A DNA stretch of 64,000 nucleotides. Source: Paraglomus brasilianum. Taxonomy: Eukaryota. Made by a program: the position numbers and the translations under genes. Of the stretch, positions 11,292 through 26,190 are shown piece after piece. The stretch covers positions 1 to 64,000 of the forward strand of contig CAJVPI010000007.1 of the NCBI GenBank assembly GCA_910592345.1. Direction: 5' to 3'. Position 1 is the first letter of the stretch. Every line of letters begins with the position of its first letter. The notes under the pieces are model-generated. The model did no database searches, was not told the origin of the DNA, and saw only the letters and a program-made list of their open reading frames with translations.

Positions 11292-14200
11292 TCAAGCAAA
11301 AATATTATCCCTAACCAGCATTTCATTTCCGTTAGGGTTGTCATTCTCGAGCCGTTCAATCGGTTCTATATTGTGTAACCGCCTTCCTATCAAGTATTGC
11401 TCGTCTCGAACTGATTGCATCCAATTTTTGATTAATAGCACAGTCTGGCGCTGCACACGGATGCCCAGCACGACAGCAAGACATGTTGGATATGCGAGAC
11501 GGAGTATAAGATTCTGTCTTTCCGGAGAATTTATACCTGATAATAAATTATTTTAGTTGGCGAGTCGTACATTACTGGTAATGTTCCAAATATATTTAAC
11601 TTACCCAATACAACATTTACAAATCGAGCAGTTAACATGGGCATGAAGATGGCTAACGCAGATACGAACAATCCGGGTATGAAAAACACCGTATTTGCAA
11701 CTTTAATGTCAAGTTCCCTAATACCATCCTCAAATATCTACAATGATATATAAACTTTGTAAGCATCGAATTTGTTTCTACGAAGTATATCACAATATTA
11801 ACTTGAACACGGTACCTCAATTATTGCTCTACTAAACCTATTATCATTCACCATGAAAATAAGCTTGTGTGATATTTTCATATAGACTATTCCCAAAGCC
11901 CAATTCTAAAATCAATAAAGAAAATGTTAGTTGAAGGGCTAATCATTGTTACTGCACAACGTAAGCCGTGACTCATACCTCGAAAAACAGAATGGTCCAT
12001 GGATCAACAGTTGCTCTTCTCCACGGCATTATGAAATATAGATTGACAATCAGGGCAAACAGATAGGGCATAACAACGCCAAAGACGACAAATAGGTAAG
12101 CGACCTTCATAATTATAGTTATAATCTCTGCTGTCTTGGTTTTCAGGGCTCCAAAGTCGACTCTCCAGGACGGTCGCCTGTTTAACTGCTGACATTTCCT
12201 AAATATTCGTTCAAGTAGCCAAACTCCACACCATATTACGTGGAGACCCAGTGCAAATGTATATATGTCATGCGCTGGTTTAGAATAATGAATCACGTGT
12301 TCAAATATGAACCTTCCAGCAACCACTGTATTCGTGAGGAGTTATGTTTAGTACAATTAATTAGTGTGAGCGCCCATAAAAAATGTGATACTCACGAGGC
12401 AAAACCGTCACAGAGCTACAGAAGACTGCTCCACAGAACCACATTAAAAATAAGAACAAAATTATTCTGGTTTGGAAATTAGGTGGAACATACACAACAG
12501 TATGATGCAGCTGGTCATCTGGGGCATCATTGGAATCCAATAGTTCACCCTGCTCATTAACTGGTATTAACATTCTTCGTCCGGGGACACCAGGCACTCC
12601 ATCAAAACTTGGAGCACGAACGAAGCCCCCATCCCTGACAAACACGACCTCGGCTTCATCGTTTGACAAGTAATTAATACTGTTGAATTCGGTACTTGAC
12701 CTTGGCACCATTGCTTGAGTTCTCAGAAAGAAAGCACGCCAAGTCTTTCGTACGTGAGTCCCCTCTTCGTCAAGATGTCGTTCCCCGAACATGAATGAGG
12801 TTAATCGCAATTGACGTGCAGTTACATGCCACCAAACTGTAAATAGATGATGGAAGAGTTTTCTGGGCTCAGCAAGTGTGACTGTTATTGGCAGGACGGT
12901 ATGGCATATCAAAAGGTCAAGAGGGAAGTCCGAAAGAGGATCACTATAAATAGAGAAAATCCTCGATATTAACGTATCATACTGTGGTGAAACACGTCAA
13001 GATATAAAATTATCATAATTACCTTAGCGGTAGATTGAGTGGTAGTATACCTTTGATAAAAGTGTGTATGGTATATATGACACTTCCCACACCAAATACA
13101 ATCATTGCGCTGTACATTATCCCGCTTGTTCCGATTTTTTTCAACTGTGTCCATACTGGTCTTTCGAGTATTTCCTTAATAGGATGGAACTGTGGATCAT
13201 TGGGGTCTCGAATGAACCACATGACTCCAGGACGTACGACCTCACGACAAAGCGAAACAAACACGGCAAAATGGAACATGAACGCGGTTCCAACGAACCA
13301 GTGAAGGAATATAGACGTAAGCGGTGATTCAAGATAAAAGTGAAAGCGAGTTCTTGGTGTAGCATCTCTGAATAAGGGTAATGTCGATAGATCCAGCAGT
13401 ATACCACATATAATCGGAAACACCAATAATTCAATCAGGACAAAAAGAGCGACTTTTAATACAATCCCTTGCTGACGTAAAACCTCAGAGACTGCCCGTC
13501 CAACTGTTCGTCCATAGGCATTCCGCGTCCTCGAGAGATACCAAGCACATAGACATATAACAATGACATATCCAAGTGAAATACATGCAAACTTGTCGAT
13601 AGGCTTACTACCCATTGCAACGTTGTTCCACTGGTCGATGAACTTTACAAACATTGTCAGATTGCGATCTTGTAGAAACTCGGAGATTGTACCATTAACG
13701 GGTGGTACAGGAACAGGTTTTCCTGTAGGTGGCGGCGCTATCTGTGCCGTAAATGATAATATATATAGAACCAATTTGACAGTCTTATCGGTTGCATCCT
13801 TCAGCGGTTCAAGCAAGGCGTACTCCTCTAATACGGGTATTAGTATAGGGTGAACTGCATTCCATCCAGACTGAATTACTGGTCCAATCATAGACCATAT
13901 CCATGGCAACGTAACATCAATTACAAGGTCAACAAAAGGATCTGTAACCAAACGTAGTACTGAAAGAGGTAGCTCTATTAATTTGAACGGATTAACCTAA
14001 TAATCAAAAAGTGAAAAGACCATTAGTATATTCTCTACCTTAACAAACCACAAAGCGAAGCCGTATACATTGCGGATTCTTACCAATAATACAGACTTTC
14101 CAACAATGTATGGTATCCATATTGCTCCAGCCAAACATAATGTTATTAGTACTGCCATAAGTGCTGAATTCTGAAACAACATCCATGGGGATCCCCTCAT

Positions 14201-17181
14201 TCCAATAGCTTCTAAGACACCTTCAAGATCCTCATTAGCCGCGCGTTCATCATCTTCCTGTTCATCTTCAGCAAAAGGAAAATTAGGAACACCATTTCCG
14301 GGGGCATCAATAGCTTCATTGAATAAAGGAGCCGGAGGGATAGGCGCCTGAGGTCGTGGGAGAATGTCTTCAGCAACGATCAATGGTTCATTTGCTTCAA
14401 CAGCGTTTATCTCTTGATTGTCAATCTCTTCGTCGTCTGTTGCATTTTCGTACGAGCTATCTTCATCCTCTAAACTGGTTTCATCATCTTCATTGTCCTC
14501 GTCATAATTCTCATCGTTTTCATCTCCAAAGTGTCTAACTACATGGTTTGTAACCAAATATAAAACGAATCTCTTATTACCCTATACATGCTCATGACAT
14601 ATACTATCGTATCGCACCATGGGAGAACAAATACCTTCACTGTGCGATATTCCGCTTCGAGTAGTTTCGGCATTCGACCCGTCATCGTCTGACGACGAGC
14701 TGCCGTCAAATGGTTCTCTATTATCAAGTTCCCATATACCTGGTCGAAGGACTTTTACATACATTGAACTATTAGTTCTACAAACATTAGACTTATCAAC
14801 CATTATAAAAATTTGAGCCACATTACGTAGCATTGGTGCTTTGGAGAGATAGAACTAACCTGGAAAACGTGACTGTCCACTGCTAGCTAACTGTTCGGAT
14901 CCATCAGCGTAATGTCCATATCTCTTTTGTGATAATACGCCTATGCTTTCTTTTGCCGGATCTTTTTCGTCAAGTTTAATTTGTTTGCCAAAACCTGTTG
15001 CCATGCTAGAGTCTGTTGCACTCTCTTGGTCAACTGTCAATCGATCAGGCATCTGGCTTTGATAAGATGCACTAGAGATATTTGATTGGGAGGACAGTGT
15101 ATAATTATTTGCGGAAGAGTCGCCTTGTGCATCTTCATATATTGATTTTTTTTGATCGTCTGCGGTAGACACTTCATCCATGACAGCAGATACTGTCAAC
15201 TTACCATCACGAGGGGATACATAGAGCGGTGAACGTTCCACACGTCCCGGGCGTGTGGAAGTAGAAGTATCGTCTCGTTCAGCTTGCATTAATTGTGTGT
15301 TGTCTTTCACGCTGCCTTGCGACATAGATGTAATAGTTTCATCACTAGATATCGGACTCTTATCAAATTTCTTATCGGAAGCAGAATTCGAGGAGGATAA
15401 ATTGTTCTCTGTATTAATCGAATCGCTATCTATAAGAGACTCATTAACTTGTTGCATTCGCAAATGTCCTATTTCTTCTAATTCATGTTCTTGCTGTACA
15501 TTGTCCGCATTAAATACACGATTGAATGCAGGTATCTGAGCCAATATATTTTCGCCACCAAAAGCGTCTTGCATATGGTCGATATCAGGAGCATCTACAT
15601 CAGCAGCCGGAGGCACTTGTTGAGGATCATCGATGTTAAAAAATGGACCAACATCTCGGGCAGCTCCTACTTCTGCCTCAACGGGCATATCGATGTCCAT
15701 GGCATCGTTATTTAACCCGTCTTCGGCTGGAGTATTTTGAAGTATCCATTCTCGTAAAAGAAATCCAGCCACGAATACTATTATCACAATGCATGCAACG
15801 ATCTGTCCTTCAAACGTGTCCGCGATAAATTTGCTGAATTGTAAACTAACATTATACAGATTTCAATTATTTAAAATCAATATCCCATTATGAAAGCAAT
15901 TTGTTGCCTAAATGGTATAACATATACCTTATAGACTCGCTATATTCTTCACTGAGAGTCCATCCCTTAGGGCCATAAGCCACCAAGCTCTTCACTATTG
16001 TTACATAGAACATCGCCAACACACTTTTCTCTTCCGCCATATTGCTAGGTAAATCTTCAACCGCATCTGGTACTTTCAATCCGTTTAGTTTGAAGGCCAC
16101 ATTTTCGCCACTCCAAAAAAAAAATCTCCAGATCCAGACTGTATAATATGGTAGTGCAATCAGCCAAACCGTCCCAACGAGCATTGCCCGGATCCATATT
16201 TTAACCAGATCATGGAGACGACGAAAACCGCGGCGAACAAAAAGCAAGAGCGGGATGTGCTCGGGCATTTTTGGATCGTAAACTATATCAATTAATAAAA
16301 TAATATGTCAATCAAAAATGTAGAATGCAAAGAATAAAAAAATACCGCCTTCATCTGACTACAAAATCAGATACGCCGCTCAACCAAATAATGTCTGTGA
16401 TGTTTGGCGAATGCATTTGATTTCAAGCAAAGAAATGATGTAAAAGTGTCATGCAAACGTGACGAACCAAACATTCTTGACTGAGCCCGCTAACGTCATT
16501 TTAACAGACGCGCAGTAACTACCAAATGGTCCACACATACGCGAGGCTTTCCCGACAAGTACACTTTAACCCATCGAATGCTGGATCTAATTTACAAGTT
16601 CTCATACAGCTATGGCTCACATTCCATAGTAATCACAATACAGAATCAAAATAATACATACTTGGGGTGAATGAAAATGGGTATTTGCAGACTTCACACG
16701 TTCTGTTTTGCGTGGTTGAAGACATTATAAAAAAAATGAGTACTCGATCGATGGACAATATTGGTAAACCTTGAAAAATGAATAGACAATAACTTTTTCT
16801 TGCTATGTCGTAGCCATTCGGTTAAGCTGCGATAAAAAAAATGTAAAATATAAATATGAATTCAGAACACTTTTTGAAGAGCCAATGCAAAAACACCAAC
16901 CAGTCTTGGTGCACAAATCGAATACTCCCTGCACATTTGCAAGGATGATATAGTGGCTGTTCTTCAGTGCCTTCGCTACGGCACACACGACAGACATCTA
17001 AAGACAAAAAAATTGGATCAGTCAAAGTTAGTCTTTGATCTCAACGGACAGCTAGCATATTCTAAGCTCTACAGTTTCTGCAAGAACAGAAACGACCTGT
17101 TTATGACGTGAAGAAAGTTTGCATGAAAAATTAATCCTTCTTAGAATACTCGCCTCCTTCGTCGTCACCCAAAGTGTTCAT
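11292..17181 (-). CDS. DOA10: ERAD E3 ubiquitin ligase Doa10/MARCH6 (RING-CH, multi-TM)
   Basis: [50 protein letters not shown]-domain [29 protein letters not shown]-terminal [13 protein letters not shown]; multi-exon. Confidence 0.95.
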
Positions 17182-17959
17182 AAGTGAGACACCAATCAAA
17201 CGACGGAGACAAAGACTACTTGTCAGGTAGCTAAAAGTCTACAAAAGTGCAATCTCTCGATTCCAACGTTTATAATTATCGTAGCAACAACAACTGCGAG
17301 AACGTTGCAGACAGTGTGGTTGTGCTAATCGTAAGGGCAATAATTATTATAATTTCTTAAAAAGCAAATTATCCGAATCTTATGAATTTTGTGGCTACGC
17401 CCAATGTCGGGTCATTGCTGTTTTTGACGGTAAATGGCTGGAATTTTCCTGAAGAGGATCACGAAACTGTTTGTCACATAACATACTTACGTCATTCCCT
17501 AGCGCTACTGCCACATTCTATTACTATAGCCAACGAGAAGAAACTCTAGACACGATAGAGAATTGGTTTAACTGGAATGGATCAACTTAAACTCTGAGAT
17601 GATCAGCTAATCTCGGCCACTGTTCTCAGAAGAGGCCCAGTTTAACGTTTTGGTGTACCATTACGAGTATGACGTCAAGTATGTTGAAATGCAACTAGCA
17701 TGTTATCTTTGCAGATAAAACAACTGCATTGTCGGGCAAACTAACAGATTCGGGTATCCGATGGCATGTTTTTCATGCAAATATTTAAAGTCTTTTTATT
17801 TAGAACGCTCGTATTCTCCTTCACATGCAACTTTAGTGTAGCAGCGTCATTGGATACGTTATACTCGATTTCTAGTCTGAATGTTATAGTATGCAGAGTC
17901 GAAAACTCATCCACATAGCCCGGTGTTTAACTAGCCTGATGTGAGCCAAATAATGCAGT

Positions 17960-18412
17960 CTAGATGACTAATTTCTCATTATCACTCGTGCCAGGAATGA
18001 GGAACAACTCTGAATGGTTATCCTTTAAGATGAACGCAGCCAGAGAAGAATATGGGTTGCTGTTCTTGTACTATTTATTAATCACATGATTATCGCCGAG
18101 TGTCAGATAAGTTGAAACGAAGAATATTTAGAATAGATTTTAACTATAACAAGTCAATTTGACCATTTTTATTATATTAATACATTGTACCGTAAAAAAT
18201 TTAAAATGGGTTGATAGTAATAATAACCATTTCAACTCTTTCCTTTGACGTCTTTTTTATTATAATTGTCCATTTTTATAACATTATACTAATATTAGCG
18301 ATAATTTATTGTACATTAGTATTATAGATAGATAAATCGGCAGTAAACTCACCTTCCGTCTCAGATCGGCTTCCGGGACAGATCCTTCACAAGTAACTAA
18401 ACAGCGCCCCAT
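17960..18412 (-). CDS. Candidate spliced 56-aa uORF or microprotein upstream of DOA10
   Basis: Pyrimidine-rich leader ~18430-18480, ATG 18412, donor AAG|GTGAGT at 18352, CTGAC branch and AG acceptor at 18071, stop 17960. Confidence 0.35.
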
Positions 18413-18781
18413 TGATTCGAGCACCCAGAAACCCCACCGGGGAAGCAAAAAGGGGAGAGAGAAGAAATGGAAAAAGAAAATGGAGTTGGTGTATGCCAGA
18501 AAATTAGCAACCTGCCATCTGCCAAATTACGTAACGATAAATATATTGATCAGCAGAAATCTTCGAATTCGGAAGGATATTAATATTAATATGGCTAGTT
18601 ATTAATCATTATTATCTGAGATAAAGAATATAATGTCGAGAATTAAACCGAGACTAAAATGTAAAGAGCAAGAATTTGGTAACTGTGGCAATCGCGATTC
18701 GAAATCTTGTTTCTGATTGGTTGAAGTTTGTCACACGACGAGGTTATGAAAATCAAAAGAAAATCATATTCGGCACAAACT

Positions 18782-21412
18782 ATGGCTTCAACTGCTGAAA
18801 ACCCGGAAGTTCAAGAGTAAGAGTTAGTGGAAATGTGTTTCAACATGATAGCCGAAACTGCAACTTGATATATATTAGGTCTGCCAGTCAACCCTTGTCA
18901 AAGAAAGCTGCCAAGAAGGGGGAGAAGCAGCTAGAGAAAGAGCGTAGGAAAGCCGAAAGAGCTGCGCAGGAGGCTGCTGCGCGAGCTAGCCGTGAAGCAG
19001 CTGAGGTAGATATTAGTTATAATGAAGATACAGTGCGTTGATTACTTTGATAATTTACAAGATCAAGTGTCTTGTTTACTAGAACTATGGTACCGAAAAC
19101 TATGGCAAGAAGCCTATGAACCAGTCTCAAGAACGAACCGGTGAGACTTTTATTGATTAAGCTGTGTTTGCGATCCTTGTGCAACTGACAACTCTCTGAC
19201 ATGTCCCGGTGTATTATGTAGGAGATAAAAGAACGCGCATCAATGAGATCAATAAGAGCCGGATAGGGGAAACTGTCACCATACGCGCTCGTGTTCAAAC
19301 TTCTCGGGCAACGAGTACGTTATTAGTTATGATCATCAACTAATTCCCTGAGCGTATTAACAGCTAATATTCTATAGGTGCAAAACTCGCATTCTTCGTC
19401 TTTCGTCAGCAAAATAGTACAATCCAGGGCGTGCTGACTCTTGACAAACAAGTCGTCAGCAAGAATTTTGTAAAATTTGCGTCGAGGTATGATTTCATCA
19501 TGAACTCGTCATTATAAAGCCATATTGCCCCAATCTAATGATGATCCGCTTGAACAGTGTGCCAGATGAATCAATTGTCGTTATCGAGGGGGTTGTGAAT
19601 AAGCCAGTCGACGAGATTAAGAGTTGTACTGTTTCGGATGCCGAATTACAAATAAGAAAGGTACGTTTTTTTTTATTCGTAGTGTCTTGTGTAATGTGAC
19701 ATTTTTGTAATAACTGCATTTTTTGATATAGTTCTTCGTTATAAGCGAGGCGACCGAGCGACTTCCATTTTCTCTCGAAGACGCCTCGAGACCTGAGGCC
19801 GAGATATTGGTATTTATTTCTACAAGTATCGAGTAATATATCCTTTGACTTTTTTACTAACACCCTTTAAACTATAACTCATCAAGGCAGGAGAACACAG
19901 CCGTGTATTATTAGATACTCGATTAAACAATCGCGTTATCGACCTTCGAGTAAGTCACGAATACAGCGAGAAATCACGTGTCTATAAATATTTTACTACG
20001 CCACTTTGGTGTTTGCGATTGATGTTCGTTTCGCTAATTAACCGTTCTCTATCTTCTTTGTTAATCGATCAATGAGTAGACCGTAACAAATCAGGCGATA
20101 TTTCGTATTCAATCCGGTGTATGTCAACTATTTCGGGAATTTTTGTTAAAGAAAAGCTTTATTGAAATCCATACACCAAAAATTATTAGTGCTGCCAGTG
20201 AAGGCGGTTCCAACGTGTTTTCCGTAAAGTATTTCAAGGGTAAGTGTATAGATTCAAACTTTTGATTGCTACTCGTTGCAGTAATATTTATCAGTTCAAC
20301 ATGATAGGTGAAGCTTATCTTGCGCAGTCACCGCAACTCTACAAGCAGATGTGCATATGTGCTGACTTTGAGCGAGTATTTGAGATTGCACCAGGTAATT
20401 TACAATTTTGTCTTAAAGATAGTCATGGTTTTTGTTGATGTTATTTTAATATTCATGTACTATGATTGAAGTCTTTCGAGCTGAAGACTCTAATACCCAT
20501 CGTCACATGACGGAATTTGTGGGTCTTGATCTGGAAATGGCATTCGAGGAGCACTATCATGAGGTTCTGGACTTGCTTGGTGAGCTATTTGTTTTTATTT
20601 TTGACGGATTAAAGACTCGCTTTGCTGCGGAGATCGAAACGGTGAAGCGACAATACCCGTTTCCTGATTTTCAATACAATCCGACGGCAAGAAGATTGGA
20701 GTATAAAGACGCTGTGAAATTGTTGAGAGAAAACAACGTAGAAATAGGTGACTTTGAAGATTTAAGGTATGTTGGTATATTTTATACAAGGGCTTTGTGA
20801 ATGTGTATAACAAGCAAGCATATTGAACTGCTCGGCTCTTTGCACCTGCAGCACTGAAAAGGAACGAACATTAGGAAAACTAGTGAAAGAAAAATACGGC
20901 ACCGATTTTTACATACTCGATAAGTTTCCGTTGGCAGTCAGACCTTTTTATACGATGCCTGATCCTAAAGATTCGGTAGATATTTCATGTTCAACTTTCA
21001 CTGTATCCTGTTATGATGATATTGATCTCACAGTAACTCTGCTATTCAATAGAACTATTCAAATTCATACGACTTCTTTATGCGTGGAGAAGAAATACTC
21101 TCTGGTGCCCAACGTATTCACGATGCGGCCTTTTTAGAGGAACGGGCGAAAATACACGATATTGATATACGAACATTGCAACCATACATTGATGCTTTCA
21201 AAAAGGGTGCACCGCCCCATGCTGGCGGTGGAATAGGTACGAATTGTTTATTGAAAATACATACTATTGTTTAATATCGTTACGTATCTAAATTCTCACA
21301 TTCGAATTGATTTTTAACAGGATTGGAACGTGTTGTGATGTTGTATCTGAACCTTGGCAACATTCGTAGAACTTCCCTATTCCCGCGTGATCCGAAGCGT
21401 CTGGACCCATAA
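18782..21412 (+). CDS. DPS1: Cytoplasmic aspartyl-tRNA synthetase
   Basis: [79 protein letters not shown]; about 13 GT-AG introns. Confidence 0.97.
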
Positions 21413-21453
21413 GTCAATTTACAAAGCAAAAAACCTTTGTAGGTCTTGGGTAA

Positions 21454-21466
21454 TTTATTGAATAAA
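21454..21466. terminator. Candidate bidirectional poly(A) signal TTTATT-G-AATAAA between convergent DPS1 and H4
   Basis: AATAAA on both strands within a 131-bp intergenic gap. Confidence 0.45.
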
Positions 21467-21543
21467 CACAGTCTACCAATCTACTTAAATCACACACGAT
21501 ATAATAATGAATAAAAAACAATTGCCCAGTGGATGATTCGGGG

Positions 21544-22062
<519 letters not shown>

Positions 22063-22699
22063 TCACTTTTTTCTTCGAAAATGATTTTACTAGTTTTTAG
22101 AGAGTAAATAAACAAGAACAAACTTTGTTTCTCTTTTGCGTGGGGATGGACAGCTATCACGGGAATTATGTATCACCCGCACGCGATCACGTGTGAAGAG
22201 AATTATACAGGTGCTACTGTTTCTGGGTGACATACATATGATTTCTCTTTTTATATTTTACGCCTTTTTATTGATATATCGCCAATGAAAACGCTTAACA
22301 ATAATGCATATGAGATAGAAATGCATTTATATATTTAGAAGTTTTTACCGCAGCGCCTAAATATTGCTAATATAGTATAATTAGTATTAGTAATCAATAA
22401 TGCTTTGCATAATAGGGAATCATTTACAATCTGCCCGAGATTGTTTTAGATGGCTGGGTATTATCGCATATTGATATGCCACTCGGATGTTGCTGACAGG
22501 CCATTTTATCGCCAAAGTTATGATTATCACTTCATAGTGCCCAACAGATTTAAATAGATATCAAGTATTTTGTATTTGGTTGCACTACGCTCGTAACACT
22601 TTTGGTAAACTCTGGTCACAAATGCATGGTTTGATGTGCGTGTTACACGTCTTCCATGTTATTGGTTTCTTATCTTTCCCAATGTATTATTATTGTTTC

Positions 22700-25254
22700 C
22701 TTTACATACTTTGTCTATGAATAAAGTTTCAACCCGAAGTAACTTGCGCTTGATTCCGTTGTGGAAATCTCAAAACGGGCTACATACAAACTATTTATAC
22801 AATCTTCCCTATACTTGCAGAAAACTTATCTGCTCCCCCTAATTTTGGGTCAAAGCATATTCCCGCTTTTTTTTAGCTAACCGTTGTGACAACACATTCT
22901 ATACTTCTAACATTCGAAATGTAGTCAGAAAGACGTTTCTTGGCACTTTCATGGGCATGATGCATTGCCCAGACTTGAATTGGATACAATTATTAATTTC
23001 TTTGAGGAACAAAACTCAATGTCCCAAGTTGGATATCGTCAAAAACTTTTTTAATTAGTGACTAAATAGTTGTATGTTATACTTATTGATAGCATATAAA
23101 TCTACTGGGTCCGATCGTAAATTGTCTTATATTGATAATTAATATTGATAGGATTGATTACCGTCTATTGTACAAGCAGTGGTCTGTCATATTAACGTTG
23201 CTGGAATTTCATCGAGGATTGTTCGTACAACTGGCAAAAGCTAGAAATTATCATTGAAATAAAACTCTATTCGAGAAGACACTAAAGACTATCAAAGAAC
23301 GCTATGTGAGGTACAGTGGACTCTCCCCAAGTGCAGCACTGACGGACCATATTACTATGGCTAAATCAGACACGACCTGCATTTATAGAGAGTGAAATAC
23401 TTGATGGTCTTGTAAGCTCGGGACATTTAGGGAGGGAAAATATAGTAATAGTGCCTGCAAGTGGATGTAGCACGAAGGAATTTGCAAAGTAAGTCGAAGC
23501 TGTACCCCAAAATCTTTGCCGATCAATCGTAATAAGCGATCGTGTCTGCACTTACGAGTCATAAGGCAGATATAATGAAGTAAGAAGGTTTGTCAATGAT
23601 TCTTATAATGTTAGAACTTGCCCCAGACCGCCAGATAATTATTGGTGATAAAAAAAAATGGCTCAATTTCTTTGACCAGTACTTCTTCGGCCAAATCCTT
23701 TCAGGAAAGAGTTCCTATATAAGTTCTACTGCAGAATAGTTATGTTAAAATACATTCAATTGTAAAGTCGGGATGTACGTTAGTCGATTATCTGACTATT
23801 GATATTAATCCCATGGAAATGCTAGGTTATCCCTCATGCTTCACTGCGTTGCCAGCAAGTATATATTAACAGGCAAACTTGGGATAAGAAGCTAGAGTTG
23901 ATACCATTCAGTACAGCCGAGTTTCTAATAGTTGCTTTTACATCTGGAGTTACAATAATAATTTTACACCAGATCAAAACTTATGTTTCTTGAAGAATAA
24001 CCATATCAACGTATTACATTGCTGGACAAAAGCATTGATAAAATCCAATGTAACGATAATAAATAATTTTATATCTGTTTGTAGCTTAGGTTTTCGAGAA
24101 TTTGCATGTAAATTTTGAAGCGTTCAGCTTTCTTGAACAATAATAATTAAACAAAAGGCAAATGTAATTAAAATCAATTTTGCCGATTTTTATACGCTCT
24201 GGAAGAAAGTATTTGATGTACCGTATTTCACGGACTAAAGTACCAGTGGTATTTACAAAACCCTGTTAGAGGTACTATACTAATGCGGGGTGGTACTTTG
24301 ATCGGATAATGGCATTATACCAGGCTATGATATGACTATGTCTGAGGCATTGGGTTAGAGATGAAACGGAGGATAGATTGATATTTGATAGTGAGAGGTT
24401 ATTATTGATGAAACTGATAAGGAAAATATTGTATTTGTAGAAATTGAGGGAGAATAAGTTAGAAATGTGTGATGATGTTAAGCAGATTCAATAAATTTGA
24501 TGGTACTTTACAAGTATCTTGTGTATCAATCTGACTATAGCCCCATGGTACTTTGCAATTCCACGAGCTTCAAAATGGGAGGGGTACTTTAGTCCGTGAA
24601 ATACGGTAATTTATTTAACTTTATGCAAAACAACAATATATAGTTTATTCTAGCTCCAGCGCGATAACACAGTTTCAGGCGCTTTGCATCGATATCTCTG
24701 CATAGCTCAAACTCAACAGTTGCATTCAAAAATTGCTTTCGTGGTTTACGCTCGCGTTCGGCGTCCGAGAGCTTTGTCTGTATTACAATATATGGAGAAG
24801 GTAAGGGCATTTAGTGTGAAAAACACAGTGGTCCAGCAAGAGCATTCTGGTAAACCTTATCTTTATCTGCCTTCCTTTTTTCATAAGCTCGATTGTTATA
24901 ATGAGTGAGAGAAGGATGAACATCATGGATAAGGATAGATGGCAAACAATTTGCTATCGCAAACAGTTTACTCACTATATACACACTACTCAATGTCCCC
25001 AACGCCCGAGTCACAAAATCGTTACCTACCTGGCCGAGTTGTTACGATACGTAGTGCGTCTACCAACTTTTGTACTTCTTCCCTGGCTCTTTTTAGCAGA
25101 AAGCTCGTCCCACACCCGCTGCATGGCCGGAGTTCACTGATTTATTCCTTAACGTATCCAACAGCTTTCCCTATGCTATGCCCTCTTTAAACTCCTTCAG
25201 TGCTTTCTTAACTGCCTCGTTCAACTCTTGTCTAATTTTGTCAGCTGTTGCCAT
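22700..25254 (-). pseudogene. Degenerate multi-exon gene of unknown family, with a MITE insertion
   Basis: ATG 25254 MATADKIRQELNEAVKKALKEFKEGIA*, frameshift into RVWDELSAKRAREEVQKLVDALRIVTTRP|GTAGGT; scattered exon-like pieces downstream; lower boundary approximate. Confidence 0.4.
24221..24606. mobile_element. Tc1/mariner (pogo-like) MITE, 386 bp
   Basis: Perfect 24-bp TIRs CCGTATTTCACGGACTAAAGTACC (24221-24244 and 24583-24606), TA on both flanks, internal GGTACTTT repeats. Confidence 0.92.
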
Positions 25255-25479
25255 TTTTTTCCTGTGATGGGAAGTACGCGCTGCACGCATATACTAACAT
25301 TGGGATCAGTGGCTTGAACAATCTATTGTTTTCCATTGTATGCAGAGTGCGACTAATGGTAACAGTAATCAATGCACAGAAATTCGCGTTTGCTGATTAC
25401 GCATTAATGACGTTTAGAATATCGTGACTCTAAAAGAATTTTTCTCCGCAACATTTGCGAATACAAGGTTTGCTATAAA

Positions 25480-26190
25480 AACGACAGAAATAGAACCATT
25501 TTACAAAAAAGTTTGCAAACTGTTTTTACAAAAATCTATTACTATTCAACAGACTTTATTGTTTTATTTACAAGCGAATTATTGATCAGAATTCTCCTTG
25601 GATCTTCCCTTTATTATAAAATTCACAAAAATCAGCTGCATATTATAACTCAGCCAACATGATTTTCCACCCGATATCGAAAACTTGTTTAAAATGTTAT
25701 TTACCAAAAGGCTCGAGTTGATTTTGAAACAATTAATTTGCCTATCAAACAGATGCAAATAAAAAACGAAATATATCACTCTTTGAAAATGTGGACCGGA
25801 CAGCTCTTTAATGGTTTGTTCCAGTTCTTTATTGCAACAACAACATGCCTGCAATAGTTATCAAGTCTCAATCAAACATTACCCACAGTTTCATACTGAC
25901 TCTTGCTAGCTGAATTTTAATACGATTAACTGCTCCTACTACTACGAGATGAAAAAATTTATGCATATCAACTGGAGAAATAATATTATTAATTTTTGTT
26001 GGTTTAATTGTTGTGCTTAAAGGTAGAAATGCAACGGGAGAGTTAATTATTAATTGACATGATGAAAATAAAATGAGGGGTAAGACCAGTGACATTTAGC
26101 AGTTTTGAGTCCTGAAACCATTCTGTTCACTTTGTTCTGACTGAGTTTTGGGCTGAGATGGTCCTGAGCTGAGGTACAACAACCTACTAA
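25480..26190. mobile_element. Transposon relic with a hAT-like subterminal repeat block
   Basis: 26095-26190 (ctgag/ctcag-rich) resembles the reverse complement of 33460-33570; interrupted coding fragments adjacent. Confidence 0.35.

Noticed and set aside
12240..15828. Plus-strand ORFs within DOA10 (and similar ORFs within other genes)
   Set aside because: Antisense or alternate-frame shadows of real exons
16475..16556. RNase MRP-like GAAAGCCTCGC/GCGGGCTCA pair
   Set aside because: Only ~60 nt apart, too close to be CR-I and CR-V of MRP
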